Shown here in pieces: positions 22,750 to 32,761 of a stretch of 32,761 bases of DNA (the first letter of the stretch is position 1; every line of letters begins with the position of its first letter). The stretch is from Nitrosospira sp. (GTDB lineage: Bacteria; Pseudomonadota; Gammaproteobacteria; Burkholderiales; Nitrosomonadaceae). The notes under the pieces were generated by a model. The model was not told the DNA's origin. It worked only from the letters and a program-made list of their open reading frames with translations, and searched no databases. The DNA lies in assembly GCA_046716045.1 (NCBI GenBank), contig JBKJYB010000489.1, forward strand, positions 1 to 32,761, given 5' to 3'. The position numbers and the translations under genes are program-made.

Positions 22750-23721
22750 ATGCCCTCCGAATTCGACATTATCCAGCGTTATTTTACTCGTCCGAGCCCC
22801 GGCGCGGTATTGGGCGTAGGAGATGATGCGGCGCTGATCAAGCCGGCAAGGGGAATGGAGCTGGCGGTATCCACCGACATGCTGGTAGCCGGCCAGCATT
22901 TTTTCGCCGATGCCGATCCACGCAAGCTAGGCCACAAGTCCCTCGCAGTGAGTCTTTCCGACATGGCCGCAATGGGTGCCAGGCCACGGTGGGCCACACT
23001 TTCGCTGGCGCTGCCGGAACCTATGGTGCGCACCGACGAAAAATGGCTGGCAGCGTTCGCTGATGGCTTTTTCGGGCTCGCTCATGCGCATCAAGTGGAC
23101 CTTGTCGGTGGAGATACGACGCGTGGTCCGCTCAATATCAGCGTAACAATCATAGGCGAAGTGGCAACAGGAAAAGCGTTGCGCCGCAGCGGCGCCAGGC
23201 CGGGCGATGATATCTGGATATCCGGCCATCTGGGCGATGCCGCCCTGGCACTTGCTCACGCGCAGCGGCGCATCGTGCTTGAGCCCGGCGAAATCACGGA
23301 GTGTCTGTCCGCGTTGCATACCCCGGCGGCACGCGTCGAATTAGGGCAGCGGTTGATCGGCCTTGCCGGTAGCGCCATCGATATTTCCGATGGGTTGCTG
23401 GCGGACCTGGGACACATCTTGAAAAGTTCAAAAGTTGCCGCTGTCATCAAAACGAGTGAAATAAATTGTTCGGCGGCAATGAAACGATATCTTCCCCAGG
23501 CGCTGGCGATGGAATGCCTGCTGGCCGGTGGAGACGACTATGAGCTTTGTTTCACCGCGCCCAGGTCCAGGCGCGGAAAAATCGAAACGCTCTCCGGTGA
23601 ACAGCAGATTCCGTTGACCCGCATCGGCAGAATCAGTGAAGGAGAAGGTCTGGTAGTGCTGGATGCCGCAGGCAATACCGTAACGCTGGAGACGAAGGGA
23701 TATGACCACTTCCACGGCTGA
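22750..23721 (+). CDS. thiL: Thiamine-monophosphate kinase
   Basis: SEFDIIQRYF, GVGDDAA, LSDMAAMGA, GGDT, DISDGL, GGDDYEL. Start set at MPSEF. Confidence 0.96.
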   Translation: MPSEFDIIQRYFTRPSPGAVLGVGDDAALIKPARGMELAVSTDMLVAGQHFFADADPRKLGHKSLAVSLSDMAAMGARPRWATLSLALPEPMVRTDEKWLAAFADGFFGLAHAHQVDLVGGDTTRGPLNISVTIIGEVATGKALRRSGARPGDDIWISGHLGDAALALAHAQRRIVLEPGEITECLSALHTPAARVELGQRLIGLAGSAIDISDGLLADLGHILKSSKVAAVIKTSEINCSAAMKRYLPQALAMECLLAGGDDYELCFTAPRSRRGKIETLSGEQQIPLTRIGRISEGEGLVVLDAAGNTVTLETKGYDHFHG

Positions 23722-24205
23722 GAATTTTCATCCCGATAAAGCGTTTGTACGGCGTCATCCTGCGCACTTCATCGCATTCGGTGGAGGTGCAGGTTTGAGT
23801 CCGGTTGCACCCGGCACCGCGGGGACGCTTGCCGCTTTCCCGTTATTCTGGGTGCTGGATTACTTCCTCGAGCCTGTTGAATTTCTGCTGCTGATTACCG
23901 CGCTGTTCATCCTCGGTATCTGGGCTTGCCGTGTCACCGGCAAGGCGCTTGGTGATCATGACCATGGCGGCATGGTTTGGGATGAGGTCGTGGCTTTTCT
24001 GCTGGTCCTGGTGTTCACGCCCAATAATTTGATATGGCAGGCATTTGCGTTTCTGCTGTTTCGTCTGTTCGATATTATCAAGCCGCCGCCGATCCGATAT
24101 TATGACAACACGTTGCGTGGCGGCTTCGGCGTAATGTTCGATGACTTGCTGGCCGCGTTTTTCACGCTATTGTGTCTGGCGGCGTGGAAAGCATTTGTAA
24201 TATAG
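23702..24205 (+). CDS. pgpA: Phosphatidylglycerophosphatase A
   Basis: APGTAGTL, DHGGMVWDEV, FRLFDIIKP, GVMFDDLLA; follows thiL. Confidence 0.96.
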   Translation: MTTSTAENFHPDKAFVRRHPAHFIAFGGGAGLSPVAPGTAGTLAAFPLFWVLDYFLEPVEFLLLITALFILGIWACRVTGKALGDHDHGGMVWDEVVAFLLVLVFTPNNLIWQAFAFLLFRLFDIIKPPPIRYYDNTLRGGFGVMFDDLLAAFFTLLCLAAWKAFVI

Positions 24206-24234
24206 TAAGACGTGAAAATTTCAGGATGGATCAT

Positions 24235-24349
24235 CCTAAATCCGGCAGTTGACCGCTCATTTATTAGGTTAGTGTTATGATTAATAATGATGTTTTATGC
24301 TATTTGAGCCTCACTTTTTGGGTGGGTCCGTCCAACCGCCGGATTTAGG
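24235..24349 (+). mobile_element. MITE family C, copy C2 (115 bp)
   Basis: TIRs CCTAAATCCGGCAGTTG and rc CCTAAATCCGGCGGTTG (16/17); exact 5-bp direct repeat ATCAT at 24230-24234 and 24350-24354. Confidence 0.88.
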
Positions 24350-24352
24350 ATC

Positions 24353-24862
24353 ATGGAAGATCCGGCACTTGAAGATCTCGCCAGGCAAGTTGGATCAGCG
24401 CTCGCCCGGCAGGAATTGATGCTTGCCAGTGCCGAATCCTGCACAGGTGGCTGGCTGGGGCAAACCATTACATCAATAGGCGGGAGTTCCGCCTGGTACG
24501 AACGCGGCTTTATCACGTACGCAGATAGCTCAAAGCGCGAAATGCTGGGCGTGAGCAGCGCGACGCTTGAACAAAACGGTGCGGTATCGAGGGAGGTTGC
24601 ATATGAAATGGCCGAAGGTGCCATTACGCGTAGCCATGCGCAGGTTGCGGTTTCCGTTACCGGCATTGCCGGTCCGGACGGTGGCACAGCGGAAAAACCT
24701 GTCGGGATGGTATGTTTCGCCTGGCTAATGAAAGATGGTCTTGCCCTTACCGAAACCCGCTATTTTAGCGGCAGCCGTGAGGCAATAAGACAGCAAGCGG
24801 TGGCAAGAGCGCTGCAAGGAGTAATAGATCTGTTACAAGGCATCCCGCCGGTTACCGCTTGA
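24353..24862 (+). CDS. pncC: CinA C-terminal / nicotinamide-nucleotide amidohydrolase
   Basis: AESCTGG, GSSAWY, GAVS, SVTGIAGPDGG, KPVGMV. Confidence 0.9.
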   Translation: MEDPALEDLARQVGSALARQELMLASAESCTGGWLGQTITSIGGSSAWYERGFITYADSSKREMLGVSSATLEQNGAVSREVAYEMAEGAITRSHAQVAVSVTGIAGPDGGTAEKPVGMVCFAWLMKDGLALTETRYFSGSREAIRQQAVARALQGVIDLLQGIPPVTA

Positions 24863-24876
24863 GGACACGCTATCGT

Positions 24877-25515
24877 TCAGTGGGATTCCTGGGCCTCCCT
24901 GTGTGCACTCGTACCGGACATGAGGCGGTCACTGTAGGCGATTGCAATAGCTGAAAGCAGGAAAACGACATGGATTCCGGTTTGGGCGATTATCGTTTTT
25001 TCATCGTATGCGTTGGCATTGATGAAGGTCTTGAGCAAGTGGATAGACGAAATGCCGATGATGGCGGTGGCGAGCTTGACTTTTAGCACCGACGCATTGA
25101 CATGCGACAGCCACTCCGGTTGATCGGGATGGCCCTCCAGGTTCATGCGCGAAACGAACGTCTCATAGCCGCCGATAATCACCATAATGAGCAGATTGGA
25201 GATCATCACCACGTCTATCAAACCCAGCACGACCAGCATAATGGTGGTTTCACCGATCTTGGTGGGCCGGGGCGCACCTTCAATAGCTACCGCGTCCAGA
25301 ATATGCTGTAACGCAGCCTGGTTACCCATGACGGCGCCAATCAGATCGGTCAATTCAACCCAGAAGTGGTACACATATACGCACTGGGCAAGAATCAACC
25401 CAAGGTACAACGGCAATTGCAGCCAACGTGTGGTGAAGATGAAATATGCCAGCGGCTGGATCCGTTTCTTCCTGGGATAATTGGCTGGCTCCTCCTCAAT
25501 TTCCTTGATTTCCAT
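24877..25515 (-). CDS. UPF0114/YqhA (TIGR00645-like) inner membrane protein
   Basis: RWLQLPLYLGL, LIDVVMISNLLIMVIIGGYETFVSR, LKVKLATAIIGISSIHLLKTF, recognised from memory of the family. Confidence 0.8.
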   Translation of the reverse strand: MEIKEIEEEPANYPRKKRIQPLAYFIFTTRWLQLPLYLGLILAQCVYVYHFWVELTDLIGAVMGNQAALQHILDAVAIEGAPRPTKIGETTIMLVVLGLIDVVMISNLLIMVIIGGYETFVSRMNLEGHPDQPEWLSHVNASVLKVKLATAIIGISSIHLLKTFINANAYDEKTIIAQTGIHVVFLLSAIAIAYSDRLMSGTSAHREAQESH

Positions 25516-25640
25516 AGGGTTCTGCAGTTTTCAGTGAAATAATCCGGCATTTTACACTTTTTGTTGCGCGAGATCGTTGCTGCTGATGCACATTGGTTGA
25601 GCCGATGCGCTACGATGTGTATTCAAATTGACGAATTAAT

Positions 25641-27032
25641 ATGGCTGTGAGTCCAAATACCCAACAAATGAATCAGACTACTCTGGCTTTGCATCCAATG
25701 AAGGTAGGGGGTTTAGTGCTAGCCTTGCTTTCGTCATTAGCCGCAGCCGATGTTCCTCATGTCCCCAATATCCCACTGGCCCCTGAACGTATTTTTATGC
25801 GGGTGTCGCCTTCCGTGGTGGAAGTAGATGTGGTGGATACCCATGGTAAATCCATTCGCCAAGGCAGCGGCGTGGTGGTTGGGGCGAATCAGGTAGTTAC
25901 CGGCTGCCACATAGTCAAAGAAGGGATCAAAGAAGCGGCCAAAGAAGAAAAAAATACATTAGTGCGAAAATCAGGTAACACTTTCAAAGCCACGCTGCAA
26001 TATGCTGACCTGGATCATGACCTTTGCCAGTTGAATGTACCCCATTTGCGAGGCGCACCCATTACTTTGGGCTCCGCCGGAAAAATCAGAGCCGGTCAGC
26101 GTGTTTATGCTATCAGTGTACCCGCGAGACATGAGACGACGACGCTGAGCGAAGGCGTTGTCTCCAACTCGCGGCCGTATGGGGGGTCGCAATATATGCA
26201 TATCTCCGCCGCTATCTCTCCGGGTTCCAGCGGCGGAGCGCTGGTTGATGATCAGGGACGGCTGATAGGGCTTCTCTCGCTCCAGTCTGTCGAACGTCAG
26301 AACTTCACTTTCGCACTACCGGTGGAGTGGATAGGTGAATTATCGAATCGAACGCAACCTGTTCCGATAGTAACTGACAAAGGCGCATTTAACTGGCTTA
26401 ACCGTACCATGGCACTGGAGAAGAAAGCTGACTGGCAGGCGCTGTTAAAACTCGCTCAGCAGGAAGTTAAACGTGATCCGGCAAACGCGGCTGCGTGGTA
26501 TAGCGTGGGGGTGGCTTCCGCCCATCTTAAACAATACAACCAGGCGGTTCATGCCTATCGGGAGGCGATACGCAACCAGGCCGAGTATGACGAGGCCTGG
26601 CATAAACTCGGTGTTGCCTACGCGAGTCTCAAAGAATACGATCATGCAATCCACGCCTATCGCGATGCGCTGCGCATACGGAAGGAGAATGCGGAAGTCT
26701 GGTATGACCTGGGCAATACCTACCATGAACTTAAACAGCATGCCCACGCTATTCATGCCTATCGGGAGGCGCTGCGCATACAGCCGGAGAATCCGGGTGC
26801 CTGGTACAGCCTGGGTATTACATACGACGATCTGAACCTGCACGGCGAGGCGGCTGAGGCCTATCAGCAAACGGTGCGCATACAACCGGAGAATGCCGAT
26901 GCCTGGTATAACCTAGGCGTGAACTACGCACTACTAGGCGAGCGCGGCAAGATAAGGGGAGTTTATCACGCCCTGCGCAAGCTCGACCCACCCAGGGCAG
27001 AGCGTTATTTCAATACTTATATGTTGCCTTAG
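25641..27032 (+). CDS. Exported trypsin-like (S1) serine protease with C-terminal TPR array
   Basis: Signal-like GGLVLALLSSLAAA; triad motifs VTGCH, DLCQL and ISPGSSGG; about five 34-aa TPRs (AWYxLG...AYREAxRxxP). The start may be 25698. Confidence 0.85.
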   Translation: MAVSPNTQQMNQTTLALHPMKVGGLVLALLSSLAAADVPHVPNIPLAPERIFMRVSPSVVEVDVVDTHGKSIRQGSGVVVGANQVVTGCHIVKEGIKEAAKEEKNTLVRKSGNTFKATLQYADLDHDLCQLNVPHLRGAPITLGSAGKIRAGQRVYAISVPARHETTTLSEGVVSNSRPYGGSQYMHISAAISPGSSGGALVDDQGRLIGLLSLQSVERQNFTFALPVEWIGELSNRTQPVPIVTDKGAFNWLNRTMALEKKADWQALLKLAQQEVKRDPANAAAWYSVGVASAHLKQYNQAVHAYREAIRNQAEYDEAWHKLGVAYASLKEYDHAIHAYRDALRIRKENAEVWYDLGNTYHELKQHAHAIHAYREALRIQPENPGAWYSLGITYDDLNLHGEAAEAYQQTVRIQPENADAWYNLGVNYALLGERGKIRGVYHALRKLDPPRAERYFNTYMLP

Positions 27033-27186
27033 CCCGGATGTTTAACTCGCGTGATGATTGCACAGGATATTGTTTGTAGGGAGATTTTGTAAAAGAGGGC
27101 GTAGTTATTCATACACCCGGCTGAACAAAATTTCCATACGAAACAACAGACTAGCAAGGGTGCGCGAATTTATGAAACATCCGGGT
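27032..27186. mobile_element. MITE family B, copy B2 (155 bp, inverted relative to B1)
   Basis: The reverse complement aligns along its length with 14475-14635 (e.g. TTTCGTATGGAAATTTTGTTCA, TATGAATAACTACGCC, ACAAAATCTCCCTA); TA flanks. Confidence 0.88.
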
Positions 27187-27411
27187 TAGATACACCCGGA
27201 ATAAATGGCCTCGATTAATTCTCGTTATTTTCCTGATATTTTCTGATGCACCAGCTCACGGTTCAGTTGCCTTCCAACAAGATGCATCATTGGGCAGAAA
27301 TGGAAAATCGCGCTCCCGTGAACCCATTGCGAACACGCCGTCACCCTCCCTTCGTCTTCCCGCGCTGGGTCACATATGCGATAATCAGTCCCATTCTTAA
27401 AAGGAAAATCC

Positions 27412-28437
27412 ATGGACGAAAACAGAAGCAAAGCGCTGGCGGCGGCGCTTTCCCAGATCGAGAAACAGTTCGGCAAAGGCTCGATCATGCGTTTGGGCGC
27501 CAGCGATGTTGCCAAAGACATCCAGGTAATTTCCACTGGCTCACTGTGGCTCGATATTGCGCTGGGGGTGGGAGGGTTGCCGCGAGGACGGGTCATTGAA
27601 ATCTACGGACCGGAGTCGTCCGGCAAGACTACCCTTACCCTGCAAGTTATTGCCGAAGTGCAGAAAGTGGGCGGCACTGCCGCATTCATCGACGCGGAAC
27701 ATGCCCTGGACCCGCAATACGCCCAAAAGATCGGCGTCAATGTACAGGAATTATTGATTTCTCAGCCCGATAACGGCGAGCAGGCCTTGGAAATCGCCGA
27801 TATGCTGGTGCGCTCCGGCTCGGTCGATGTGGTGGTGGTGGATTCGGTCGCGGCCTTGACACCCAAAGCGGAAATCGAAGGCGAAATGGGCGAGCCTCAG
27901 ATGGGCCTGCAAGCGAGATTGATGTCGCAGGCGTTGCGCAAGCTTACCGCCAACATCAAGCGCAGCAATACCATGGTGATTTTCATCAACCAGATACGCA
28001 TGAAAATCGGCGTCATGTTCGGCAACCCCGAAACGACCACCGGCGGCAATGCATTGAAATTCTACGCGTCGGTGCGTCTCGATATACGCCGGACCGGTTC
28101 CATCAAAAAGGGCGATGAGGTCATCGGCAGCGAAACCCGCGTCAAGGTGGTCAAGAATAAAGTTGCGCCGCCATTCAAGCAGGCCGAATTCGATATTCTC
28201 TATGGCGAGGGGATTTCGCGCGAAGGTGAAATCGTCGAGCTGGGCGTGCAACACAAGCTGGTCGAGAAATCCGGCGCCTGGTATGCCTACAAGGGAGATA
28301 AAATAGGCCAGGGTAAGGACAATGCCCGCGAATATCTGAAAGAGCATCACGACGTAGCGATGGAAATAGAATCGAAGATCCGCGCAGCTGTGGGAGTCGC
28401 TAATCAGGCTCAGGCTGAACCCGCCAGCGCGGAGTAA
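27412..28437 (+). CDS. recA: Recombinase RecA
   Basis: [43 protein letters not shown]. Confidence 0.99.
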   Translation: MDENRSKALAAALSQIEKQFGKGSIMRLGASDVAKDIQVISTGSLWLDIALGVGGLPRGRVIEIYGPESSGKTTLTLQVIAEVQKVGGTAAFIDAEHALDPQYAQKIGVNVQELLISQPDNGEQALEIADMLVRSGSVDVVVVDSVAALTPKAEIEGEMGEPQMGLQARLMSQALRKLTANIKRSNTMVIFINQIRMKIGVMFGNPETTTGGNALKFYASVRLDIRRTGSIKKGDEVIGSETRVKVVKNKVAPPFKQAEFDILYGEGISREGEIVELGVQHKLVEKSGAWYAYKGDKIGQGKDNAREYLKEHHDVAMEIESKIRAAVGVANQAQAEPASAE

Positions 28438-28442
28438 TAGCC

Positions 28443-28895
28443 TTGGTAAAGGGGACAAGCCTGAAAACCCGCGCCTTGGGTTATCTGGCGCGGCGGGAGC
28501 ACTCCCGGTTTGAGCTGGAAAGAAAGCTCGCGCCCCATGCTCAAACTTCCGAAGAACTTTCTTCCTTGCTCGACAAGTTCGAACAACGCGGCTTTCTGTC
28601 AGCCGCGCGCATGGTGGAGAAGGTGATACACATGCGTAAAAGCAAGTTTGGCAGTCAACGGATTGTGCATGAATTGCGTGAAAAGGGCATCGCGGAGAAT
28701 TTAATCGCCGCGGCGTTGCCCAATATCAGGGAAACCGAGCAGGAAAACGCGCGCGAAGTATGGCGGAAAAAGTTTGGTGCGATGCCTGCCAATGCGAAAG
28801 AGCTTGGCAGACAAATGCGTTTCCTGATGGGGCGGGGATTTACGGCGGAAGTGATACATCAGGTGTTGCGCCACGCTGATAAGGAAGAAGCGTGA
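28443..28895 (+). CDS. recX: Recombination regulator RecX
   Basis: ALGYLARREHSRFEL, ELREKGI, RFLMGRGF; directly after recA. Confidence 0.93.
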   Translation: MVKGTSLKTRALGYLARREHSRFELERKLAPHAQTSEELSSLLDKFEQRGFLSAARMVEKVIHMRKSKFGSQRIVHELREKGIAENLIAAALPNIRETEQENAREVWRKKFGAMPANAKELGRQMRFLMGRGFTAEVIHQVLRHADKEEA

Positions 28896-29239
28896 GGAAC
28901 CACTTTGCTCAGATCGTATTGGCGGTCGTTATAGGGATTATGCTTGGTGGTTGCGGTGCCATCAACGCGACGCCTATTAACGAAATCAACACATCTCCCG
29001 CCAACTTTGACGGCAAGGAAGTCATGCTCCATGGTGTCGCAAAAGATCCCACGCGGATTCCGCTGTTTAATACAAAGGCCTACGTATTGAAGGACGATAG
29101 CGGAGAGATTACCATCCTGACGGAAGCCGACCTACCTAAGATGAACGAAAAAATCACCGTCAGGGTGAAGGTAGCGAATATTGCGATTATCAATGGCGAA
29201 TCGCTGGGAATGACAGTAACGGAGATATCGCGGCGTTAG
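28892..29239 (+). CDS. Predicted lipoprotein, OB-fold-like, function unknown
   Basis: Hydrophobic leader with lipobox LGG-C; beta-rich pattern V-x-L-x-G...[10 protein letters not shown]...V-x-V; GTGA overlap with the recX stop. Confidence 0.7.
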   Translation: MRNHFAQIVLAVVIGIMLGGCGAINATPINEINTSPANFDGKEVMLHGVAKDPTRIPLFNTKAYVLKDDSGEITILTEADLPKMNEKITVRVKVANIAIINGESLGMTVTEISRR

Positions 29240-29270
29240 CCGCCACCCCATATGTTCAGATGAAGCCAGT

Positions 29271-31874
29271 ATGAAAAGCAGCGAAATAAGACAAAAATTT
29301 CTCGAATTCTTTGCGTCGCACGGCCATGCGGTCGTCGCGTCGAGTCCCCTCGTTCCCGCGAACGATCCAACGCTGCTATTCACCAACGCAGGCATGGTGC
29401 AGTTCAAGGATGTGTTTCTCGGCCAGGATAAGCGGCCCTATGTGCGCGCGGCAAGTTCGCAGCGTTGTGTAAGGGCGGGCGGTAAACACAACGATCTGGA
29501 GAATGTCGGCTACACCGCGCGGCATCATACTTTCTTTGAGATGCTGGGCAATTTCAGCTTCGGCGATTATTTCAAGCGGAACGCCATCAAATTCGCATGG
29601 GAATTTCTCACGGTTACACTCAAGGTACCGCAGGAAAAATTATGGGTCACGGTGTATGCCGAGGATGACGAAGCTGCCGACATCTGGCTCAACGAGGTGG
29701 GGGTTGCCTCGTCGCGCTTCACGCGCATCGCCACCACGGATAATTTCTGGCAGATGGGCGATACCGGTCCCTGCGGCCCCTGTTCTGAAATTTTTTACGA
29801 TCACGGTCCGGAGATTGCGGGTGGCCCGCCCGGTACGCCGGAAGCGGATGGCGACCGCTATGTCGAAATCTGGAATCTGGTGTTTATGCAATACAACCGG
29901 GACAGCGCCGGCGCGCTGCATCCATTGCCCAAACCATCGGTGGATACCGGCATGGGGCTGGAGCGCGTTTCTGCGGTGATGCAGCAGGTTCACAGCAATT
30001 ATGAAATCGATTTGTTTCAGGATCTGATCAAGGCGGCGGCGCGGGAATGTTTGGGCAGCGCCAGCAGCGCGCAAGATTTATCGAGCAATTCTCTCAAGGT
30101 AATAGCCGATCATATTCGCGCCTGTTCTTTTCTCATTGCAGATGGCGTGATTCCCGGCAACGAGGGACGTGGCTACGTGCTCCGGCGCATCATCCGCCGC
30201 GCCATTCGTCATGGCTATAAGCTGGGCCAGAATCAGCCATTTTTTTACGCGCTGGTGGAAGATCTGGCGAATGCGATGGGTTCAGCCTATCCGGAATTGG
30301 TTGAAGCCAAGGCTCGCATAGCGGCGGTGCTGAAACAGGAGGAAGAACGCTTCGCCGAGACGCTGGAAAATGGCATGCAAATACTGGAGGCAGCGCTTGG
30401 TCAGGAAAGCCGCATACTGGATGGTGAAACCTTATTTCGTCTCTATGACACCTTCGGTTTTCCGTTAGACCTCACCGCTGACATTGCGCGTGAGCGGGGT
30501 ATCGCCATCGACCACGCGGGTTTCGAGCAAGCCATGGCGCGTCAGCGCGAGCGAGCCCGGGCGACGAGTAAATTTACCATGCAGGATGGCATCGCCTACA
30601 GCGGTCTCCCGACGCAATTCCACGGATATGAGAACGTGCAGTACGAAGGTCAGGTTCTCGCGATCTACCGGCAAGGCAGCCGCGTGGATTTTATCGAGGC
30701 GGATGATGAAGCGGTGGTCGTACTCGATCAGACGCCGTTTTATGCGGAATCCGGCGGGCAGGTGGGCGATTGCGGCGAACTGCTGGCTGCCAACGGTACC
30801 TTTGCCGTATCCGATACGCAAAAAATTCAGGCGGATGTATTCGGCCACAAAGGGCTGCTGCGCAGCGGGCGGCTGGTTATCGGCGACAAGGTGCTGGCAA
30901 AGGTCAATCCAGCGGCGCGCGCACGCACCGAGCGCAATCATTCCGTCACTCACTTGATGCACAAGGCGCTGCGCGAGGTATTGGGTGCCCATGTACAGCA
31001 AAAAGGTTCGTTGGTCGATGCCGATAAGACGCGCTTCGATTTTGCGCATAACCAGCCTATGACGGATGAGGAAATTCGCAAGGTGGAGGTTTTGGTCAAT
31101 GCCGAAATTCTGTCCAATGCGGCAACCGGGGCGCGCATGATGGCGATAGAGGATGCGAAGAAAACCGGTGCGATGATGCTGTTTGGCGAGAAATATGGTG
31201 ACGAAGTGCGCGTGCTGGATATTGGTTCCTCGCGTGAGTTATGCGGCGGCACGCACGTCAAGCGCACGGGCGACATCGGATTATTCAAGATTGTTGCCGA
31301 AAGCGGGGTGGCGGCCGGGGTGCGGCGCGTGGAAGCGGTAACTGGCGAGGGCGCATTGGCCTACATTCAGCAACAGGAATCACAATTGCAACAAGTAGCG
31401 GGCGCAATCAAGGTGCAGCCGCAGGAAGCCGCCACTCGCATCGCGCAAATCCTCGATAGCGTTAAACAGCTGGAAAAAGAGCTCGCGCGTATGAAATCAA
31501 AGCTTGCCAGCTCGCAAGGCGATGAACTCGCGGGTCAGGTGCGGGAGGTGAAAGGCACAAAAGTCCTGGCGGTCTGTCTTGAAGATGCGGATTCGAGGAC
31601 GCTGCGCGAAACGCTGGACAAGCTCAAGGATAAATTCAAATCCTGCGTCGTCGTGCTGGCCGCGATAGAAGCGGAAAAGGTCAAGCTGATTGCGGGTGTC
31701 AGCGCCGATCTCACAACGAAAGTAAAAGCGGGTGAACTGATTAATTTTGTTGCCTTGCAGGTTGGTGGCAAAGGCGGCGGGCGCGCCGATATGGCCCAGG
31801 CAGGTGGAACCCAGCCCGACAATCTGCCTGCCGCATTGGAGAGCGTGGCCGGCTGGGTTGAACAACGGCTGTAG
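29271..31874 (+). CDS. alaS: Alanine--tRNA ligase
   Basis: [47 protein letters not shown]. Confidence 0.99.
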   Translation: MKSSEIRQKFLEFFASHGHAVVASSPLVPANDPTLLFTNAGMVQFKDVFLGQDKRPYVRAASSQRCVRAGGKHNDLENVGYTARHHTFFEMLGNFSFGDYFKRNAIKFAWEFLTVTLKVPQEKLWVTVYAEDDEAADIWLNEVGVASSRFTRIATTDNFWQMGDTGPCGPCSEIFYDHGPEIAGGPPGTPEADGDRYVEIWNLVFMQYNRDSAGALHPLPKPSVDTGMGLERVSAVMQQVHSNYEIDLFQDLIKAAARECLGSASSAQDLSSNSLKVIADHIRACSFLIADGVIPGNEGRGYVLRRIIRRAIRHGYKLGQNQPFFYALVEDLANAMGSAYPELVEAKARIAAVLKQEEERFAETLENGMQILEAALGQESRILDGETLFRLYDTFGFPLDLTADIARERGIAIDHAGFEQAMARQRERARATSKFTMQDGIAYSGLPTQFHGYENVQYEGQVLAIYRQGSRVDFIEADDEAVVVLDQTPFYAESGGQVGDCGELLAANGTFAVSDTQKIQADVFGHKGLLRSGRLVIGDKVLAKVNPAARARTERNHSVTHLMHKALREVLGAHVQQKGSLVDADKTRFDFAHNQPMTDEEIRKVEVLVNAEILSNAATGARMMAIEDAKKTGAMMLFGEKYGDEVRVLDIGSSRELCGGTHVKRTGDIGLFKIVAESGVAAGVRRVEAVTGEGALAYIQQQESQLQQVAGAIKVQPQEAATRIAQILDSVKQLEKELARMKSKLASSQGDELAGQVREVKGTKVLAVCLEDADSRTLRETLDKLKDKFKSCVVVLAAIEAEKVKLIAGVSADLTTKVKAGELINFVALQVGGKGGGRADMAQAGGTQPDNLPAALESVAGWVEQRL

Positions 31875-31922
31875 CGCCTGTCAGGAACTTGTTTTTTTAA
31901 TAATAAATCCCATATATTTAAA

Positions 31923-32761
<839 letters not shown>

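Noticed and set aside
26473-26940. Roughly 102-bp periodic repeats as a possible CRISPR array
   Set aside because: In-frame TPR coding repeats; no repeat-spacer structure and no cas genes.

Overview
Chromosomal origin-of-replication region of a betaproteobacterium. Gene order and content are reminiscent of Nitrosospira/Nitrosomonadaceae, which is an inference and not database-checked. The left arm (minus strand) is the ancestral cluster rpmH-rnpA-yidD-yidC-mnmE-mnmG-rsmG-parA-parB. The right arm is dnaA-(oriC)-dnaN-gyrB-glyA-nrdR-ribD-[regA-regB, opposite strand]-ribE-ribBX-ribH-nusB-thiL-pgpA-cinA/pncC-[yqhA-like, protease-TPR]-recA-recX-lipoprotein-alaS-trxB (partial). Two parS sites and several DnaA boxes are visible. 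The coding content is almost all housekeeping, so the unexplained structure lies in the intergenic DNA. At least seven short non-coding elements from three different terminal-inverted-repeat families (MITE/ERIC-like, with target-site duplications and no transposase in the window) sit at gene boundaries. Some supply stop codons or SD-like sequence, and two families share an internal core. A RegA/PrrA-type box sits in the divergent regB/ribE promoter, suggesting redox control of riboflavin synthesis. I found no CRISPR, phage or defence system.
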